From an uncultured Rhabdochlamydiaceae bacterium (lineage in GTDB: Bacteria > Chlamydiota > Chlamydiia > Chlamydiales > Rhabdochlamydiaceae): 64,000 bases of DNA. How positions within the stretch are numbered: position 1 is the stretch's first letter; each line of letters opens with the position of its first letter. The translations under genes were made by a program, and so were the position numbers. Below, in pieces: positions 58,153 through 64,000 of this stretch. The stretch covers positions 960,001 to 1,024,000 of the forward strand of contig CAVQHD010000001.1 in the NCBI GenBank assembly GCA_963712275.1. Direction: 5' to 3'. The notes beneath the pieces were generated by a model that searched no databases, was not told the origin of the DNA, and saw only the letters and a list, made by a program, of their open reading frames with translations.

Positions 58153-60058
58153 CCCGAGTTTGACAGCTAATCGCGTTTTTTGAGCCTGTTCCTCTATGAG
58201 GAGTCTTGGAAAAACCGGAAAATGTAATGAACACCATTGGAAAAATTTATCAATGAAAAATTGACAAAAAAGAAATGAACACGATATCTATGTTGTTATG
58301 TTCATAAAAATCACTAAAAATAAAAAGGGCGTCTCTTACTACCATCTTGTGGAGTCTTATCGTGATCAAGGCAAGGTGAGACAACGTACTCTGCTGTCGC
58401 TAGGAAAAGTGGGAGAAGATGGACTCGATAAGTTGATCTCAGCCATCAGCAAACATAAAGAAATTCTTACCGCAGTCGAGGCAGCCAAATCACTCGATAT
58501 TGAGGACACGTATACTCTGGGGCCTCTCTTAGCCGTGCAACATATCTTCAACCTCTTTGGTATTGATCGTATTCTCCATAAAATCACTGCACAACATCCT
58601 CAACTGGAATTCGACCTCTGTCAAGTCATTTTCACTATGATCATATGTCGTTTCCTTCGACCAAGCTCAAAGCTCAAGGTTTTCGAGCGATGGCAAGATA
58701 GGTTGTATCCAGAGATGCTTTCTAAGAAAGCCGAGTTACAGTACTTCTATCGATCCTTAGATTTTCTTAGCGATCATAAAGAACAGATAGAAAATGAGCT
58801 GTATTGGAATAATCGTAATCTACTCACCTTATCAGTCGATGTAGTCCTCTACGATCTCACCACCTTGCGTTTCGAAAGCACCAGAGAAGACCTAGGAGAG
58901 CTTCGCCGTTTTGGATATTCCAAAGAGATGCGCAGCGATTGTACGCAAATCATACTCGGGCTACTCGTTGACACTGACGGCATTCCTCTTGGTTTTGAGG
59001 TCTACCCTGGCAATACTTTCGAGGGAGCAACTCTGGTTGATATTGTCCAACGGATACGCACCAAATTCAAAGTGCGAAGATTTATCTTTGTGGCCGATCG
59101 AGGGCTCTTCTCTGCAAAAAATCTGGACCATATCCGAACTCTGTGCGGGCATCAAAGGGACGGAGAGTTTATCGTAGGCATGAAACTAGGGCAGATCAAA
59201 CAGCGTCATGACGAATTCTACGATCGCAACCGCTTTACCAAAGTGAACGACGGTCTAGAATGGTATGAGACAAAGCATGGCAATGACCGTTGTATCATCA
59301 CATGGTCCCGTCAACGCGCTGAACGCGACAGAAAAACCCGAGAAGACATTTTAGAAAAACTCACAAAGAAGATCTTCAAGAAAAAGAAAACGACTCCCAA
59401 GGATTTTGTAACAAACAAAAACTACAACAAATACGTTGCTGGTTTACAAGATGGCACCCCTCAACTCAACAAAGAGGCAATTGCAAAGGAAGCGCTTAAG
59501 GATGGTTTTTTTGGAGTCATCACCAATGTATCCGCGGATCAGATGAACGCGAGCGAGATCCTCACTGCGTATAAGCACCTCTGGATAGTAGAAGATGCGT
59601 TTGGAGAAATCAAAGGGACTCTCAAAACTCGTCCCCTCTATCACTGGAATGACAATCGCATTAGAGGGCACCTCACCATGTGCTTTCTCGCCTACTTTTG
59701 CGAAGCGCAGATGACTAAATTGCTCCGAGAAAAAGGAGTGATATTGGAGAGCAAGGCGATCGATGAAGGTCAGATTGGCAAGAGACCCCTAACCGTACTA
59801 GAGGCCATGCAAGAATTAGCAGAAGTAAGAGCAATGCCTGTTAAGCTCAAAGATAATCTCGTGTGGGTTAGGAACGACATCAAAGGCAATGCTGCACAGC
59901 TTCTCAAGGCTATCGGTACGCCAATTCCTCCAAAAGTCTTAAAACATATTTCACTCTAGATCCGCCTATTCCCTTAAAAATGTAGTGGCACACGTATTTT
60001 TATTTTTCATAAGTTGCTATAAAACAGAAACTTGCAAAAATCAGCTGTCAAACTCGGG
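58153..60058 (+). mobile_element. IS1634-family insertion sequence
   Basis: Terminal inverted repeats CCCGAGTTTGACAGCT / AGCTGTCAAACTCGGG; single transposase; long flanking direct repeat. Confidence 0.9.
58298..59959 (+). CDS. IS1634-family DDE transposase
   Basis: LVESYR, YDLTT, GYSKE, YPGNT, VADRG, YKHLWIVEDAF, RPLYH, HLTMCFLAY. Confidence 0.9.
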   Translation: MFIKITKNKKGVSYYHLVESYRDQGKVRQRTLLSLGKVGEDGLDKLISAISKHKEILTAVEAAKSLDIEDTYTLGPLLAVQHIFNLFGIDRILHKITAQHPQLEFDLCQVIFTMIICRFLRPSSKLKVFERWQDRLYPEMLSKKAELQYFYRSLDFLSDHKEQIENELYWNNRNLLTLSVDVVLYDLTTLRFESTREDLGELRRFGYSKEMRSDCTQIILGLLVDTDGIPLGFEVYPGNTFEGATLVDIVQRIRTKFKVRRFIFVADRGLFSAKNLDHIRTLCGHQRDGEFIVGMKLGQIKQRHDEFYDRNRFTKVNDGLEWYETKHGNDRCIITWSRQRAERDRKTREDILEKLTKKIFKKKKTTPKDFVTNKNYNKYVAGLQDGTPQLNKEAIAKEALKDGFFGVITNVSADQMNASEILTAYKHLWIVEDAFGEIKGTLKTRPLYHWNDNRIRGHLTMCFLAYFCEAQMTKLLREKGVILESKAIDEGQIGKRPLTVLEAMQELAEVRAMPVKLKDNLVWVRNDIKGNAAQLLKAIGTPIPPKVLKHISL

Positions 60059-60473
60059 AAATATTGGAACCTTTGCTCCGACTGTGGGACCTGTGACTCC
60101 TGTTTCAGCAGGCACCTGTAGCTGTGGTCAGTGATTTAGAAGCTGAGTTACAGCTTCTTAAAGACGGCTTGCTAGCAGCTGCTCGAGCTTAACGATGTCT
60201 TTTGCAAAGGTGCGGATGCCTTCATAGAGCTTGTTGGACGCCATCGCGCTATCGCAGAGCATCCATCGGAAGGTTTTTTCATCCACTTTAGTAGGAGAAA
60301 GAGCTGTTTTTTTAGCGGCGTCAGGAGAAAGTTTACGAGGGATGGGAGCGTCGGATGAGTAGAGCTCATCGAGCAGTTTTGGAGCAATGGTTAAGAGGTC
60401 GCAGCCGGCAAGTTCGACAATCTCTTCCTTATTTCGGAAGGAAGCTCCCATAATTTGGGTTGGGATGCCAAAT
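60059..60473. repeat. 415-bp direct repeat, right copy
   Basis: Appears identical to 57738-58152. Confidence 0.92.
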
Positions 60474-61114
60474 TTTTTGTAGTAGTGATAGATCTCAGTG
60501 ACAGAGCGAACTCCTGGGTCTTCGGCAGGAGGGTAAGACTCTCGATTTTCATTTTTCTTAAACCAATCTAGAATCCGTCCGACGAAAGGTGAGATGAGGG
60601 TTGCTTTAACATCTGCACAAGCAATCGCTTGGGCCAGGCTGAACATGAGGGTCATATTACAATGAATCCCTTCTCTTTCAAGGTGAAAGGCTGCTTGAGC
60701 CCCTTCCCACGTGGAGGCGAGCTTGATCAAAATTCGCTCGCGATCGATACCTGCAGCTTCATAAAGAGAGATGAGTTCTCGAGCTTTTTGTACAGAACCG
60801 AGGGTGTCAAAAGAGAGTCTTGCGTCGACCTCTGTTGAAACACGGCCTGGGACAATTTTCAAAATTTCAAGGCCAAAATTGATGCAAACTTTGTTTAGGG
60901 CATGCGTAAGCTTATCGGACTGATGGTGCCCTTTTTTCCGTCCGTAGGAGAGGGCTTCTTCGATGAGGAATTGGTACTGAGGCTCAAGAGAAGCTGCTAA
61001 GATTAGCGAGGGGTTTGTCGTCGCATCGGTTGGGTGGTACTTTTTAATTTCTTGAATTTGACCTGTATCGGCGACAATGGTTGTCATGCCTTTTAATTGC
61101 TCGAGTTGGTTCAT
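60158..61114 (-). CDS. tal: Transaldolase
   Basis: VADTG, DATTNPSLI, GRVSTEVDAR, IKLASTWEG, ISPFVGRI, MGASFR. Confidence 0.97.
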   Translation of the reverse strand: MNQLEQLKGMTTIVADTGQIQEIKKYHPTDATTNPSLILAASLEPQYQFLIEEALSYGRKKGHHQSDKLTHALNKVCINFGLEILKIVPGRVSTEVDARLSFDTLGSVQKARELISLYEAAGIDRERILIKLASTWEGAQAAFHLEREGIHCNMTLMFSLAQAIACADVKATLISPFVGRILDWFKKNENRESYPPAEDPGVRSVTEIYHYYKKFGIPTQIMGASFRNKEEIVELAGCDLLTIAPKLLDELYSSDAPIPRKLSPDAAKKTALSPTKVDEKTFRWMLCDSAMASNKLYEGIRTFAKDIVKLEQLLASRL

Positions 61115-61596
61115 AATTTAAAGGGGAGTTGAAGAGGGTTGTTAAAGGGCTCTTTTTGAAGTTTTTGATAAGAAGATGCAAATTGTTTGGGAGAGAGGGT
61201 TGTTGAATATCCCGTTAGCTCAAGAGTAACGGGATCTCCCTTTAAGAGGGATTGAATCAGGAGGTCTTGAAGATCGGAGGGGAGTGTTACCCGTTGACCT
61301 CCTGCATGTCGATAAGCAAGAGAGCGTGTGGTTTGACCAGCTGTTTTTAAAGTGACTAGCGCTTGGTTTTGATTCCCTTGGTAAGGAGGAATCGTTTGTG
61401 AATGGACTTCCAGATGTGTTCTAAGGTGATCCTGGGAGTAAATCATTTCAACCGCCATGCTATTGACAATATCATAGACAGGGTATGAAAGTCTAGCGGA
61501 GTTAAAGGCTTTTTGAGACCCTTTTAGATAGGTCACATGCCATGGAGCTGAGGAGGAGCAGCCCCAAAGAAAGAGAAGAGATAATGCTCTTATCAA
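61111..61596 (-). CDS. Putative lipoprotein
   Basis: MIRALSLLFLWGC lipobox-like signal. Confidence 0.6.
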   Translation of the reverse strand: MIRALSLLFLWGCSSSAPWHVTYLKGSQKAFNSARLSYPVYDIVNSMAVEMIYSQDHLRTHLEVHSQTIPPYQGNQNQALVTLKTAGQTTRSLAYRHAGGQRVTLPSDLQDLLIQSLLKGDPVTLELTGYSTTLSPKQFASSYQKLQKEPFNNPLQLPFKL

Positions 61597-61916
61597 TGGT
61601 GCCCATGGTGGTGACCATGATGACGGGACACCAAAATAATCGCTATAACACCAACGGCAACCGCGCTTCCAGCAAGGATGTATTTTGCGACATTGCTTGC
61701 TTTGCCAGTGTTGGCAGAGTCAGCAGAGGCTTTTCCAACTTGGGCAGGAGAGGCCTCTTGATCGGCAAGCGGTGTGTTCATTGGTAGGGAGCCTTCTGGC
61801 GGGGAAGATTCCTGGGCCAATTCAATGGTTGCAGATTCTGCACTGTCATCTGCATAGATCATCGAAGATGGCAAACTACAGACGGCAGCTGTCAATATTC
61901 CAATCCAGATCTTCAT
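61593..61916 (-). CDS. Small exported protein with C-terminal TM helix and His-rich tail
   Basis: Signal peptide; TM helix followed by RHHGHHHGHH. Confidence 0.65.
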   Translation of the reverse strand: MKIWIGILTAAVCSLPSSMIYADDSAESATIELAQESSPPEGSLPMNTPLADQEASPAQVGKASADSANTGKASNVAKYILAGSAVAVGVIAIILVSRHHGHHHGHH

Positions 61917-62647
61917 TTTGATCTCGTTGTTAAAAGTTTTGTTCGAATTTCACTTAATACAAGAATTTGCCAGTAAGGTCCCATTTCTGTAAAGGTGTTG
62001 ATCATTTTTTTTTCAAATGGTTCCCACACATCGGTATAAAAAGGTTCAGAAGAAAGCGCTTTTTCAGCTGTTGTTTGGTCCGTGAGTAAAGTTAAAAACC
62101 GATTTTCTAATGATTGGATTAGTTGGTGAAGTAAGAGTTGTTGGGATTTTGAGGGGTAGCTTTCAAGGAGATTGGAGGAGAGCTGAAGGGAACGGAAGAC
62201 TTGATCAAATGTCTTGTAGTATTTCGAAAATTCCTCTTTTAAAGCAGCTGCAGTCAAGACATAAGCTGTTTGATTTTTGATCACGATCAATTGAACTAAA
62301 CGGGCTCTTCCAAGGTCTGTCGGGGATTCAAGCTCGGTTAACCTTCCCTCTCCCATAGGTGTTTTGAATTTGCCAAGATCTCTCCAATGTGAATTGGGGT
62401 CTGCCTTATGAATTTTACGCACAGCTTCTACATAGGCTTCAAGCGATACATTGACCGATTCTGTTGCGAGGTTCACGGAGGGGGCAAGCCCTTTGGAGCT
62501 TTTCCCTAGGAAACAGATCTCGACTCGAGGAGCTAATGTTTCGGGGTCTGCAATCTCCCACCCCGTCGGAGGGATAAAAAAGCAAGTGTCTGCCGCCAGA
62601 CGTGCAAAATAGACAAAGAGAAGAAGAAAATAGAGTTTAAGACCCAC
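61913..62647 (-). CDS. Exported hypothetical protein (possible PsbP/DcrB-like fold)
   Basis: Signal peptide, FIPPTGW, SVNLATE, AYVLTAAA pattern. Confidence 0.6.
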   Translation of the reverse strand: MGLKLYFLLLFVYFARLAADTCFFIPPTGWEIADPETLAPRVEICFLGKSSKGLAPSVNLATESVNVSLEAYVEAVRKIHKADPNSHWRDLGKFKTPMGEGRLTELESPTDLGRARLVQLIVIKNQTAYVLTAAALKEEFSKYYKTFDQVFRSLQLSSNLLESYPSKSQQLLLHQLIQSLENRFLTLLTDQTTAEKALSSEPFYTDVWEPFEKKMINTFTEMGPYWQILVLSEIRTKLLTTRSK

Positions 62648-62903
62648 TGCAGTGACTATGCCCCGATCCAGCTTTACTTTGGTGCAGCACGGCTGCTAAG
62701 ATAGCGATTCCTAAGGCAAGGCCGACTCCCCACCCGATCATCGACGCGCTAATCGCAGTACTTGAGCCATCATGAGCCCCTGCTCCGGTTTTCCAGAGAT
62801 TTTCTGTATCTTTAGACCAATCATCCAAGGAATCGGAGGCCAGAGTCGTTGATGAAGCCGAAAGGAGCGCAATGATGACAAGCGAACAGATCAATTTCTT
62901 CAT
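62637..62903 (-). CDS. Small exported membrane protein
   Basis: MKKLICS signal peptide; C-terminal TM helix and short His-containing tail. Confidence 0.6.
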   Translation of the reverse strand: MKKLICSLVIIALLSASSTTLASDSLDDWSKDTENLWKTGAGAHDGSSTAISASMIGWGVGLALGIAILAAVLHQSKAGSGHSHCSGS

Positions 62904-62952
62904 AAAAAAGAGTATCGCATATGGGCCGACTTTCCTGCAATTTTTCCTTGAC

Positions 62953-64000
62953 TCAAAAGTCCTTTCCAACGGTAAGCATAAACTGATTAGACCAGTATTT
63001 GGAGCCTAATTCCGCTTCATAGCCTAAGTTGATTGAAGTGGGCTTTTTCTTGCCGATTGTGACAGCAAAGTCGAGCCCCACATCTCCAAGGTTGAGATTT
63101 TGGTTCAGAGCGCTCACAGTAAAGGCCGTTGGAATGCCGGTAAGCGCTGTTGTGACTGTCCCTGCTGCAAACGGTTTTTGGAATACATAGCTGACCTTCT
63201 CTCTTAAGAAGAAAACACCCCAGGAGCGCTCCCATTTCTCACAAAATTTAAGCCCTGTTTCACTGCGCACCATGGAATTACTCAAGGCTTTTGCTCTCGC
63301 ATTGAAGGGAGCTGATCCTCTCTCTTGATAACCTCTTTGCCAGTTAATCGCCCAGTCTACAGCTGAAAAGGGGATCACATCCCCCCAAGAAAATTTTACA
63401 TCGTAGCCCACTTCTAAATGGGGAACCAGCTGCCAGGCAAAGATATTTGCTTTTGCTTTTTTAGAAAAACCAGAGAAGGAAATATCTCTTGTGTTCTCTG
63501 TTTCATTAAAAATTCCCCAAACGGCGGGAGAAAAGTAGAAATTACCTACAAAAGCATTTCCATAGAGGCTTGCAACATAGCCATTGATGTTGCCATGTCC
63601 GAAATTGTGATCTTCTGTGTAGCGGGTATGGACAAACCCAAGCGCAATCCCTGCAATCCCTCGATTTTCTCCACAGTAATCAATTCCTCCAAGCACAGCT
63701 TGAGAGTGGTAGTTAAACGAGGGGTTTTGCTTCTCGGCTTTTTGATGGGCATATTCTCCAAAGCCTGAGATCCATACAGAGAGCTTACTCTTATCTGAAC
63801 TCTTGACGGGGGTTTGAATCCGATTGGACGCATCGGCAAATAGTTCTGCCACAAACTCTTTTTGGGAAGATCTCTTACGTGCTGTGATCAGCGCATCTAT
63901 GTGCCAGCTAAGGTCTTTGCTCAAAGAAAACGCTGTCTGCTGGGTGATATAGGCGCTAAAGGCATTTCTAGATGGAGAGACTCTTTCCATTGCATTTTGC
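62953..64000 (-). CDS. Autotransporter beta-barrel domain (Pmp-like), 5' part beyond the window
   Basis: VWISGFG, GGIDY, amphipathic strands, terminal Phe (GKDF). Confidence 0.82.
   Translation of the reverse strand, partial: QNAMERVSPSRNAFSAYITQQTAFSLSKDLSWHIDALITARKRSSQKEFVAELFADASNRIQTPVKSSDKSKLSVWISGFGEYAHQKAEKQNPSFNYHSQAVLGGIDYCGENRGIAGIALGFVHTRYTEDHNFGHGNINGYVASLYGNAFVGNFYFSPAVWGIFNETENTRDISFSGFSKKAKANIFAWQLVPHLEVGYDVKFSWGDVIPFSAVDWAINWQRGYQERGSAPFNARAKALSNSMVRSETGLKFCEKWERSWGVFFLREKVSYVFQKPFAAGTVTTALTGIPTAFTVSALNQNLNLGDVGLDFAVTIGKKKPTSINLGYEAELGSKYWSNQFMLTVGKDF

Noticed and set aside
62637..62651. C-terminal CSGS as a CaaX motif
   Set aside because: Non-aliphatic middle residues, and the protein has a Sec signal peptide

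Overview
The window comes from an environmental Chlamydiae genome (Rhabdochlamydiaceae/Simkaniaceae-like). This is inferred from the gene order sufE/infA-tRNA-Thr-tuf-tRNA-Trp-secE-nusG-rplKAJL-rpoBC...tal, the SEC-C-fused Map, and the Pmp-like and inverse autotransporters. Housekeeping genes (priA, ftsY, truA, map, M20 peptidase, htpX, oppBCDF, rimO, rlmI-like, tal) are interspersed with accessory, eukaryote-like effector candidates. The main accessory feature is a tandemly duplicated cassette (~14.0-27.6 kb). It encodes an NLR-like protein with a PI3/PI4K-like atypical kinase, a NACHT NTPase, 26 (or 8) near-identical 34-aa ankyrin repeats that vary almost only at binding-surface positions, and a C-terminal CaaX prenylation motif. 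The gene is transcribed divergently from a U-box-like gene and a membrane-protein gene. Copy 2 is split by an ISAs1 element and has lost the U-box gene. Also present: an IS1634-family element flanked by a 415-bp direct repeat, two families of palindromic intergenic elements, an XRE/M78-peptidase + PIN pair, a Schlafen/AlbA_2 protein, and F-box/LRR genes. All domain calls rest on motif recognition by eye; no database search was run.
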